DNA of 64,000 bases from IMG/VR virus record IMGVR_UViG_3300021400_000318. One strand, 5' to 3'. Position numbers and translations under genes: made by a program. Of the stretch, positions 55,783 to 64,000 are shown in pieces (position 1 is the stretch's first letter; every line of letters starts with the position of its first letter). The notes under the pieces were generated by a model. The model was given only the letters and a program-made list of their open reading frames with translations. It was not told the origin of the DNA and did no database searches. This stretch comes from an uncultured virus (IMG/VR IMGVR_UViG_3300021400_000318). Its lineage: Duplodnaviria > Heunggongvirae > Uroviricota > Caudoviricetes.

Positions 55783-57117
55783 ATGAAAGCATCAATGTTT
55801 ATTGAATGGATTAGTTCCATCTGGCCCAAACTGGGTCTCTATGTGAAGGAGAAGACTGCGCCTATCAAGCGCACCTATCTCCATAAAACCATGCTTCGTA
55901 AGGTGTATTCTCCAGACCAGAAGTGGGAGGGCACCAGTGCCAAGACTACGTATGTAGCCGCTGACATGGTGGCAATGGATTCACCACTGCCCATCAAGAA
56001 GCGTGGAAGTATTGCTACCTCCAACGGTAAACTGCCGAAGGTAGGTATGAAGAAAATCATGCGTGAGACGGAGATTAACACCGTTAACATCATGAAGGCT
56101 CATTACGCAACAGCCACTACCGATGAGGCTAAGAAGGCTGAGAAGCGTCGCATCCTCCAGAGCCTCACCAACGATGGTGTGGCATGTTCTGTTGGTATTG
56201 ACGAGAAGAACGAGGCTAACTTCCTTACTGGTCTCTCTGACGGTGTTGTTCTCGTTGAGGACGAAGAGAATACCGGCACAGGTCTGCGTGTTGACTACGG
56301 CTATCTGGATGAGAATACCTTTGGTACCATCGTCAAGGGCCACGTTAGCTACGAGGACTTCGAGAACGTCAAGAGGAAGGCTGATGCTGACGGCAACACT
56401 ATCGTCAAGTTAATGGTTGCCACCTCCAAGCTGAACGAAATCCGCAAGGAGCGTTGGGCTCGCGAGTTGGTTGCTGATGCAGAGGATAAGGTTTACACCG
56501 ACACAACCACGCTCAAAGTACCTTCCAAGAAGAAGTTTATCGCTGCTCTGGAGGATGAGTTTGACATCAAGGTTGAAGAGGTTGACCGCACCGTCATCTT
56601 CGAGAAGAACGGCAAGCAGAAGTCTGTCAAGCCTTGGAACGCAGAGCGTATCATCTTCCTGTGTAACGAGGAAGTTGGTTCTCTGGTTTATGGCACACTG
56701 GCTGAAGCTACCAATCCTGTTGAGGGCGTCAAGTATGCCACTGTTGATGAGTACAAACTTATCTCCAAGTACTCTAAGACCGACCCGCTGCAGGAGTTCA
56801 CGAACGGCCAGGCTCTTGTCCTGCCTGTCATCGAGGACGTTGACCAGATTTACATCTTGGACTGCTCCGAGGATAAGTCTGCCGAGGTTGACACTACAGC
56901 CGAGGAAGCCGATACTGCTGATATTTACATCACCATCAACAACAAGAAGTACTCTAAGACCGAAGTTGCTGCACAGTTGACGGCTATGGGTTACAAGACC
57001 TCTGCAACCGCCAAGGATGAAACCATCATGAAGAAGTTTAACGCTCTGAGTGATGAGGAAGAGGAAACGTTCCTCGCTGCCGTGACAGAGATTACTGAGG
57101 GCGGTGGTGGCAATTAA
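55783..57117 (+). CDS. major capsid protein
   Basis: 444 aa, VAADMVAMDSPLP.K.R, G.LPK.G; synteny. Confidence 0.8.
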   Translation: MKASMFIEWISSIWPKLGLYVKEKTAPIKRTYLHKTMLRKVYSPDQKWEGTSAKTTYVAADMVAMDSPLPIKKRGSIATSNGKLPKVGMKKIMRETEINTVNIMKAHYATATTDEAKKAEKRRILQSLTNDGVACSVGIDEKNEANFLTGLSDGVVLVEDEENTGTGLRVDYGYLDENTFGTIVKGHVSYEDFENVKRKADADGNTIVKLMVATSKLNEIRKERWARELVADAEDKVYTDTTTLKVPSKKKFIAALEDEFDIKVEEVDRTVIFEKNGKQKSVKPWNAERIIFLCNEEVGSLVYGTLAEATNPVEGVKYATVDEYKLISKYSKTDPLQEFTNGQALVLPVIEDVDQIYILDCSEDKSAEVDTTAEEADTADIYITINNKKYSKTEVAAQLTAMGYKTSATAKDETIMKKFNALSDEEEETFLAAVTEITEGGGGN

Positions 57118-57130
57118 ACTCTGATGTGAT

Positions 57131-57457
57131 ATGGGAAAGACAGTCAAACAGGCACTGATAGATGCCATCCACTACCCGATACCTGTTGGGTTCGTAGAGA
57201 ACGCTATTATTGAGCGTCAGCTGAATGATGATGACGAATACACGTATGAAGTCTCTCAGTCCAAAGAGTTCAAAGGTGCTTTGGCTGACTGTCTTTACTC
57301 TCTCCTGCAAGCCGTATCAGTCCATGAATCGGATAAGAGCGTAGGCACACTGACCGATAAGGACAAAGAGAGGCTTTTGGTTAGAATAAACGCACTTTAT
57401 GAAGCCATCGGTGAGGACCATCCACTTGGTCAGCCGATGGTTTACATAGGAGGATAG
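57131..57457 (+). CDS. head-tail connector
   Basis: ADCL..L....SV.E; position after MCP. Confidence 0.6.
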   Translation: MGKTVKQALIDAIHYPIPVGFVENAIIERQLNDDDEYTYEVSQSKEFKGALADCLYSLLQAVSVHESDKSVGTLTDKDKERLLVRINALYEAIGEDHPLGQPMVYIGG

Positions 57458-57460
57458 GAA

Positions 57461-57805
57461 ATGGCTGTACTGGACTTTGCCGCTCACTATCTCGGTTATC
57501 TGGATTCCCTTTCAGAGGGTTATACAGACAGAAAAACTGGTGATTACGTTGACGGAAAGGAGAAATGGATTGACGACTACTGTAGATGCGACATCGTACC
57601 TGCAGGACAGGCCAACCAGATTCCCATCCCAGACGGACAGGTAGAGACCTATTCGTACACCATCTACAACCTCCCTCGCTCATGCCGAGAGTTCAAGTAC
57701 GGAGATAGAATCCGTGTCAAGATGTACGGCAATGACGATGATGTGCGTGAGTTCACTGTCAAAGGCTTCCATCGCTATCAAATGCAGTGTAAGATATGGG
57801 TATAA
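57461..57805 (+). CDS. head closure protein
   Basis: Synteny; EFTVKGFHRYQ. Confidence 0.55.
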   Translation: MAVLDFAAHYLGYLDSLSEGYTDRKTGDYVDGKEKWIDDYCRCDIVPAGQANQIPIPDGQVETYSYTIYNLPRSCREFKYGDRIRVKMYGNDDDVREFTVKGFHRYQMQCKIWV

Positions 57806-58278
57806 GGATGACCACCTCCACCTCTGCCATTGACAGGCTGTTCAAGAAATCGTTTGAGATTATCAAGAACGAAATCTTCATGGCCTTCACCAAACTCGGT
57901 GAGGAATGTGTGGTAAAAATCCGAGACCGCTCACAGGACGAAAGTTGGTATGACCACACGTCCAACCTGCGCTCTTCCATTGGCTACGCCATCTATGACT
58001 ACGGAGTGAAACAGATTGAATCTGCCTTCAATGTTGTAGGAAGCGGCAGTCAAGGCTCCACGGAGGGAAAGCGCATGGTAGAGCAACTGGCAAGAGAATA
58101 CACCAATACCTTTGCTCTGGTAGTGATAGCCGCCATGAACTATGCGGAATACGTTGAGGCCATCGAAGGCAAGGACGTTCTTGCATCCACAGAACTCTGG
58201 GCCAAGGCAGATGTAGATAAACGCCTCCAGAGAGCCAAGGAATCAGCGATACGAAAAATCAATGCCATACAGATATGA
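57796..58278 (+). CDS. HK97 gp10-like tail completion protein
   Basis: W.D.T.NLRSSIGY, AAMNYAEYVE. Confidence 0.7.
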   Translation: MGIRMTTSTSAIDRLFKKSFEIIKNEIFMAFTKLGEECVVKIRDRSQDESWYDHTSNLRSSIGYAIYDYGVKQIESAFNVVGSGSQGSTEGKRMVEQLAREYTNTFALVVIAAMNYAEYVEAIEGKDVLASTELWAKADVDKRLQRAKESAIRKINAIQI

Positions 58279-58685
58279 AATCCGATATAGACATCAAAGA
58301 TGACGTTTACAAGGTCATACTCGACAGCCCCCTTCATCAAGCCGTGACAGGAGAATTGAGCAAGCGCAAGAGACCGCATAACTCCAAGAAGGAGGATATT
58401 GTTATCTCTATCCTTGCCAATGAGACCAAGCAGGCTCAGATGGCCTACGTGAATGTCAACGTCTATGTAGCAGGAAAGAATGTCAAAGGACAGATCGAGG
58501 AAGATACAGTGAGGCTTCGTGCTCTCTGCCAACTCTCCTTTGAACTGTTCGAGAACGTCAAGGGCAATGATTTCCGGCTGACAATCTCAGACGGCAAGTA
58601 TGAGTGTGGTCAGCGTGTCATCGAGACCGAGACAGGAGAGAATATCATTAATAACAAGCTATTGTATCAAATCATAAACGAATAG
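58275..58685 (+). CDS. tail terminator
   Basis: RP..S..EDIVIS, VNVNVYV; synteny. Confidence 0.6.
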   Translation: MKSDIDIKDDVYKVILDSPLHQAVTGELSKRKRPHNSKKEDIVISILANETKQAQMAYVNVNVYVAGKNVKGQIEEDTVRLRALCQLSFELFENVKGNDFRLTISDGKYECGQRVIETETGENIINNKLLYQIINE

Positions 58686-58689
58686 TACA

Positions 58690-59364
58690 ATGAATAAGCC
58701 GATTGGTTGGGGTAAATGTTTTATCATCGTCAAAGACCTTGATGCTGTTGGAGCAAAGTGGATTCTGCTCCCCACCCCGAAAGAAGATTCCACGCAGTTG
58801 ACACCTACCAAGGGTGACAAGAAGGAAGCCACCATCGAAGGTGGTGAGAACGAGGACGTGAAGTACGGCAAGAACAAGTACGAACTCGCCTACACTATCC
58901 GCAGAAACACTGAGCGAAAGAAGCCATTCGCTGATGTTGATGGTGTTGTCGCTCACCGTTATGCTGTCTTTGTGCAGCCCGAGAACGTTAATGTTCCTGG
59001 TCCCCTGCTGATGAAGACTGTAGTATCTCTGGAAGACCCATTCGACACCACCGATGGCGGTCAGCTGACGTACACTCACGATGCACTGAAGCCCGAAAGC
59101 GGCAACACTGTTCAGTGGGCCAAGATTAACATCGACCTCTCTGCGTATGAGGAAGGTGCCGAGATTGCCGACAACGCCATCGTCTTTACGGACGTTGACG
59201 CTGAATCAACCTCTGCAACATTCACAGCAGTTGATCCAGAAAGCACTGGATATTCCAGTAAGAATCCTTCTGCGGAAGGCTGGTATATCAAGAACGGTAC
59301 TCGCTACCTGTTGGCCGAGGACACCGCTGTTGTCGAAGGAACCACCTACTACACTCGTTCGTAG
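58690..59364 (+). CDS. major tail (tube) protein
   Basis: WGKC, P.E.ST.LT..KGDK.EA..EGG; C-terminal extra domain. Confidence 0.7.
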   Translation: MNKPIGWGKCFIIVKDLDAVGAKWILLPTPKEDSTQLTPTKGDKKEATIEGGENEDVKYGKNKYELAYTIRRNTERKKPFADVDGVVAHRYAVFVQPENVNVPGPLLMKTVVSLEDPFDTTDGGQLTYTHDALKPESGNTVQWAKINIDLSAYEEGAEIADNAIVFTDVDAESTSATFTAVDPESTGYSSKNPSAEGWYIKNGTRYLLAEDTAVVEGTTYYTRS

Positions 59365-59407
59365 TCTCTCCTATCCCTTTGCCGCCTTGGGTCAATAGGC
59401 GGCACAT

Positions 59408-59480
59408 GCTTTGATAGCTCAGTTGGTAGAGCATTAGATTTTTAATCTGAGGGTCACAGGTTCGAATCCTGTTCAAGGCA
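59408..59480 (+). tRNA. tRNA-Lys(UUU)
   Basis: Cloverleaf: acceptor gctttga/tcaaggc, D arm gctc/gagc, anticodon loop tttttaa, T loop ttcgaat; CCA not encoded. Confidence 0.92.
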
Positions 59481-59502
59481 CTTAAATCAAAATTGTCGCA
59501 GT

Positions 59503-60216
59503 ATGGATGATAGCATAAAGATAGTACAAGATATTGCCGATACCATCTTAGACCGCCCAAAAGGCTTCTCAGTGGGTCATCGGCATTTCTATTTATGGCC
59601 AGTCACTCTTGGCAAGATGTTCCTCACCCAGAGAATAGTGGAGCAGTTGGAGATAAACTCCCAGAACCTAAAGTTGAACCCATACGTTGAGGCCCTTCGT
59701 CTTGTAGAGACCAAGAAGGATGACTGTTGCCTGCTTCTCGCCTACCATACGCTAAAGACAAAGAAGGAGGTCAACAATACCACCACAGTAAAGGCAAGGA
59801 CGAACATTCTGTCAAAGGAACTCGGCAATGATGACATAGCCACACTGCTCATCCTCTGTCTGACATGGGATAAGACAGCCACCTTCATGCACCATACCAA
59901 GATTGACAAGGAACTGGAACGCATGAAGGAGGTCAGCAAGTGCAAGAAGAATAAGAACACCTTCCAGTTCGGAGGCGTGTCAATATACGGCTCCATCATA
60001 GACCAAGCATGTGAACGCTACGGATGGACCTTCGATTACGTGGTATGGGAAATATCATTCATGAACCTGCAACTCATGTTGAAGGACAGCATCAAGTCAG
60101 TATATCTGACGGACGAAGAGGCCAAGAAGTGCCATGTGCCGATAGACGGACGCTCTGTTGACGGCAATGACGCAGAACTGATGAAGCAGGTTATCAGCGA
60201 AGGCAACTGGAACTAA
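59503..60216 (+). CDS. tail assembly chaperone
   Basis: Between tail tube and tape measure; FGG.SIYG..ID.ACERYGWT.DYVVWEIS. Confidence 0.65.
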   Translation: MDDSIKIVQDIADTILDRPKGFSVGHRHFYLWPVTLGKMFLTQRIVEQLEINSQNLKLNPYVEALRLVETKKDDCCLLLAYHTLKTKKEVNNTTTVKARTNILSKELGNDDIATLLILCLTWDKTATFMHHTKIDKELERMKEVSKCKKNKNTFQFGGVSIYGSIIDQACERYGWTFDYVVWEISFMNLQLMLKDSIKSVYLTDEEAKKCHVPIDGRSVDGNDAELMKQVISEGNWN

Positions 60217-60454
60217 CAGCCACGCCCCACACACAAGAAAAGGTATCATCGCACAAGAAAGATATGAACAGGTTGGCGGGATTGCCGTGTGACAAAGATG
60301 ACACGAAAAAAGGACGTGCGTGTGCGTGATGATTCTCAGCGTTTCAGAGCCGCCTCCCTTGCAACTTATCCACCCCAGAGATAAAAACGTCACAGCGAGG
60401 CTACAATGAAGTTCAAACGGAAAGCAACGAATAACAATATAACATCATATATCA

Positions 60455-63400
60455 ATGGCAGGAATAAAATTCGACATTACTGGTGATAACAGGAACGTTT
60501 TGCAGTCCTTCAATGAGGTGCAGAGCGGTGTAAAGCAGATGCAGCGGCAGGTTGAGGATAGCGGTGCGAGCATAGAGGATATGTTCAAGCGTATCGGTGC
60601 TGTTGCAGGTCTCACCTTTGCAGGAGTAAGTGCGAAGGAATTTGTTAGGAATGTGATGAACGTCCGAGGTGAGTTCCAGAAGTTAGAAGTTGCCTTCACC
60701 ACCATGCTCCAGTCAGAGGAAAAGGCTGCATCGTTGATGAACCAGTTAGTAAAGACTGCCGCCATCACTCCCTTTGACTTGAAAGGTGTGGCAGACGGAG
60801 CGAAACAACTTCTTGCCTATGGTATAGCAGCCGATGAGGTGAATGATACTCTTGTTCACCTTGGAGATATTGCCGCAGGCCTCTCCATCCCACTTGGTGA
60901 CCTTGTGTATCTGTATGGTACCACGATGGTACAGGGCAGAATGTTCACACAGGACTTGCGCCAGTTCCAAGGCCGTGGTATTCCCATCGCTGATGAGTTG
61001 GCTAAGCAGTTCGGTGTTGCCAAGGATAAGGTAGGTGAACTTGTCACCGCAGGTAAGGTCGGTGCAGAGCAGGTTAAGAAGGCCATCATGGATATGTCTT
61101 CCGAGGGAGGCAAGTTCGGTGGCCTTATGGAAGAGCAGGCTAAAACCATCAACGGCCAGATAAGTAATATCGAAGACGCCATAGATGTTATGTTCAACAA
61201 TATCGGTAAGCAGAATGAGGGTATCATCAACACTGCACTATCTGGCGTATCGACACTGGTAGAGAACTATGAAGCTGTCGGTAAGGCTATTGCCAGTGCT
61301 GTAGCGGTCTATGGTGTGTATAAGGCAGCGATAATGACCGTTACCGCCATACAGGCACTACAGACTGCCGGTATTTGTGCTCTTACTGCCGCAGAGACAG
61401 TCCACTACGGATGGCTAGTGCTCGTTGAGAAAGCCCAGAAACTCTTGAATGCTACCATGCTGTCGAATCCGTATGTTCTTGTGGCAACAGCCATCGCAGG
61501 TGTTGTCGCTATTATGATGAACATGAAGTCTCAGCAGGATTTGGTAAATGATGCCGAGGAAGAGTACAACCGTAAGAAGGAAGAGGCTATTGCCAAGGAG
61601 GAAGAGCATAAGCGCAAGATTGAGGAACTGCTGTCTATCGCAGGCGATGAGCAACTGTCAACAGAGAACAGAAGACTTGCCCTCGTTCGTCTTGAAATGC
61701 AATACCCTTCCATCTTCAAGAAGTATGATACCGAGGCAGAGAAACTGAAACATATTCTCGACATCAAGAATCAGATTGCCGAGATTGACGGAAAGAACTC
61801 TGTCAAGAATAAGAGCAATGAACTTGATAGCGTCAATGCCAGAATCAAGGAGTTGCAGGCTATTCGTGTCAACCGCTTCCTGTCTCAGCACGGAGGCTAT
61901 GTCACCTCTGGACGTAACAGGACTGACAAGGAGAATGCTGAACTGACAAACCTTCTTAGGAAGCGTGGAGAACTCCAGAACTCCATCAGTAAGGAGCAAG
62001 GCCAGTCTTACCTCGCCAACCTCACTGGAATCAGCAACGATGACCTCCAGAAGCAGATAAACGAGCGCAGGAACCTCCTTGCTAAGATGCAGATAACCGA
62101 GAAGAAGTATGGCCGTGTTCAAGCAGGTGGAGCTAAGGGAATGTATTCCGCTGATGAGTTGCAAGGTCAGTTGCAGATTCTCGAAGCAGAGCAGAACAAG
62201 CGTAATGAGGCTAAGTACACTCCTGCACAGCAAAAGGCAATGGCCAAGAAGGCTCTTGATAAGGCTAATAAAGCCCTTGCTGACTTTGATAAATCCACAA
62301 CCAAGTACACCACAGCCGAGGCAGAGGAAGCACGTAAGAAACTTACCGATGCCGTTTCTGAGGCTGAGAAGGAATACAAGAAGTTCGGTGGCAAGACAGG
62401 CGGCAAGAAAACAGACCCTGCAAAGACATTGAAGCAGAAACAGCGGTACACCGATCTTGAAGCAGAACTTGAAAGGAAGGGCAGTCGTGATGCCATCAAC
62501 CTTGAACACTCCACAAGGCAAGCCGAGATAGACGCTATGGAGGAAGGTTCCAAGAAAACCATCGCTCAGATACGTCTTGACTATGACAGGCGCAAGGAAG
62601 AGATTGACAGGGGCTATGAGGACTTGCGTATCAGAAAGATTGAGGATGCCAAGAAACTCTGGGAAGCCGATCCTGCCAACAAGGGTAAGGTGTTTGACGA
62701 AACCACCATTGACACCTCCTACACCGATGCAGAGCGCAAGAACTATGAGGCTCTGCTGAAGGCCAATGAGACAGAGCTTGCTCGCAGTCTGAAAGCCCAG
62801 GCTGATATGGAGATACAGGCCATCCGTGACTACTTGAAGGAGTATGGTACTTATCAACAACAGAAACTCGCCATCGCACAGGAGTATGCCGATAAGATTG
62901 CCAAAGCCCAGAGGGAAGGAAACACTACCGAGGTAAGGCGGCTTCGTGCTGAACAGATGGTAACGGAGGGCGATGCCAAAGCCAGAGAACTTGCAGGAGG
63001 CATTGATTTCAGTACCGTTCTCACCAACGTAGGCAATGTTGCCAAGGCTCTTGCGGAAGAGACCTACAAGAGAGTACAGGACTACAAGGGTACTGATGAA
63101 TACAAGAACAGCAGTGCCGAGAGCAAGAAGGCCATATCCGACCTGGAGGCACGTCTTATCGAGAACGGTGGCGCAGGTTCAGCCTCTCCACTCAGTGCAA
63201 AGACATGGAATGATGTCACAAAGTCCGCAGAACGTTATGACAAGGCTCTGAAAGAACTGCAGGAGAAAACCAAGGAGCACTCCCTTGCCGTTGAGGCTCG
63301 TAAGCAGGCTGAGGAACAGTTGGCCCTCACCGTTGAGGGAACGGAAGAGCATCTTGACGCTCTCAATGTTGTTGCAGAGGCCATCAAGGAAGAGAATGCC

Positions 63401-64000
63401 ACTGGCGAAGCACAACAGCAGGCACAGGGTAATGTGCAGGCAGCAGCACAGGACGTACAGAACGCTTCCAACAGAGCCGCCAAGGGCTTGCAGGACTTCG
63501 AGAAGGTTCTTGGAAACATCACCTCTGGAACACTTTCTGGATTCGCCAATGGTGTTGCAGGAATCATCAGTTCTCTGGCAGGAAAGACGGAGAAAGCCGC
63601 TGACGGCCTTGTAGGAGCCATAGGAGGAAAGACTGGTGGCCTTATCGGTGCCATACTGCAAATCATTGATGCACTTGGTGATGACCCTGCAGGATTCATC
63701 TCCAACATTCTTGACAAGGTAGCGAACGTGATTGATAAGATACTCAGTCAACTCCTTACTGATATAGTACCTGCCGTCTTGGAGGGTGTTGGAAAAATCC
63801 TCGCTTCCGTCCTTGATGGTGTGGCCAACCTGGTTACGTTCGGTCTCGCAGGAGATTTATTCGGTGGTCTCTTCGGAGGCAAGAGCCATGAGGAAGAGTT
63901 CAAGGAGGATCTGGAGGACTGGAAATCGAAGATTGAGGCGAACACGTATGCCGTTGAGCAGCTGACTAAGAAGATGACCGATAAGACCAAATCTCCATCC
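60455..64000 (+). CDS. tape measure protein, 3'-truncated (absent from ORF track)
   Basis: Open frame from MAGIKFDITGDN to window end; TPFDL..VA.GAKQLLAYG, LGDIAAG, DLRQFQGRGIP tape-measure motifs. Confidence 0.9.
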   Translation, partial: MAGIKFDITGDNRNVLQSFNEVQSGVKQMQRQVEDSGASIEDMFKRIGAVAGLTFAGVSAKEFVRNVMNVRGEFQKLEVAFTTMLQSEEKAASLMNQLVKTAAITPFDLKGVADGAKQLLAYGIAADEVNDTLVHLGDIAAGLSIPLGDLVYLYGTTMVQGRMFTQDLRQFQGRGIPIADELAKQFGVAKDKVGELVTAGKVGAEQVKKAIMDMSSEGGKFGGLMEEQAKTINGQISNIEDAIDVMFNNIGKQNEGIINTALSGVSTLVENYEAVGKAIASAVAVYGVYKAAIMTVTAIQALQTAGICALTAAETVHYGWLVLVEKAQKLLNATMLSNPYVLVATAIAGVVAIMMNMKSQQDLVNDAEEEYNRKKEEAIAKEEEHKRKIEELLSIAGDEQLSTENRRLALVRLEMQYPSIFKKYDTEAEKLKHILDIKNQIAEIDGKNSVKNKSNELDSVNARIKELQAIRVNRFLSQHGGYVTSGRNRTDKENAELTNLLRKRGELQNSISKEQGQSYLANLTGISNDDLQKQINERRNLLAKMQITEKKYGRVQAGGAKGMYSADELQGQLQILEAEQNKRNEAKYTPAQQKAMAKKALDKANKALADFDKSTTKYTTAEAEEARKKLTDAVSEAEKEYKKFGGKTGGKKTDPAKTLKQKQRYTDLEAELERKGSRDAINLEHSTRQAEIDAMEEGSKKTIAQIRLDYDRRKEEIDRGYEDLRIRKIEDAKKLWEADPANKGKVFDETTIDTSYTDAERKNYEALLKANETELARSLKAQADMEIQAIRDYLKEYGTYQQQKLAIAQEYADKIAKAQREGNTTEVRRLRAEQMVTEGDAKARELAGGIDFSTVLTNVGNVAKALAEETYKRVQDYKGTDEYKNSSAESKKAISDLEARLIENGGAGSASPLSAKTWNDVTKSAERYDKALKELQEKTKEHSLAVEARKQAEEQLALTVEGTEEHLDALNVVAEAIKEENATGEAQQQAQGNVQAAAQDVQNASNRAAKGLQDFEKVLGNITSGTLSGFANGVAGIISSLAGKTEKAADGLVGAIGGKTGGLIGAILQIIDALGDDPAGFISNILDKVANVIDKILSQLLTDIVPAVLEGVGKILASVLDGVANLVTFGLAGDLFGGLFGGKSHEEEFKEDLEDWKSKIEANTYAVEQLTKKMTDKTKSPS

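Noticed and set aside
61812..61820. AGAGCAATG inside the tape measure gene (also 27662 inside ORF 26883)
   Set aside because: The ATG is out of frame with the host gene and in mid-CDS; compatible with chance, so not counted as a regulon start
61658..62860. 400-aa minus-strand ORF and other long antisense ORFs (15775, 17257, 56410)
   Set aside because: Shadows of + strand genes (tape measure, Sak4, DUF1351-like, capsid) caused by codon bias
1..64000. Alternative genetic code (stop-codon reassignment)
   Set aside because: Genes are full length in code 11, TAA/TAG/TGA are all used as stops, and no suppressor tRNA is present

Overview
This window is most of a temperate, long-tailed (siphovirus-like) phage genome of a Bacteroidales host, judged from TAnnTTTG/TTTG promoters and A-rich, SD-less starts. 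The attachment site is in attP configuration: the 3' half of tRNA-Ser(GGA) next to a tyrosine integrase. Gene order: tail fibre (5'-truncated); complete diversity-generating retroelement (target VR, avd, TR, RT); lysis; integrase/attP; immunity switch; recombination/replication; early accessory island 1; C5-methyltransferase and a Glf/GNAT/ParB/ATP-grasp/GREB1-like glycosyltransferase cluster; terminase; early island 2 (ArdC etc.); portal; MuF-toxin; early island 3; capsid/tail; tRNA-Lys; tape measure (3'-truncated). The most striking unexplained structure is a ~70-nt putative small RNA after terL (39624-39691). Its single-stranded core is the reverse complement of AGAGCAATG, which overlaps the start codon of at least 18 early/replication genes and of no structural gene, with up to 19 nt of perfect pairing. 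This points to a candidate phage-wide antisense regulon. Other unexplained structure includes strand-polarised dispersed repeats, two promoter classes, a duplicated iteron array and structured leaders. Protein calls come from motif recognition and synteny only; no database searches were run.
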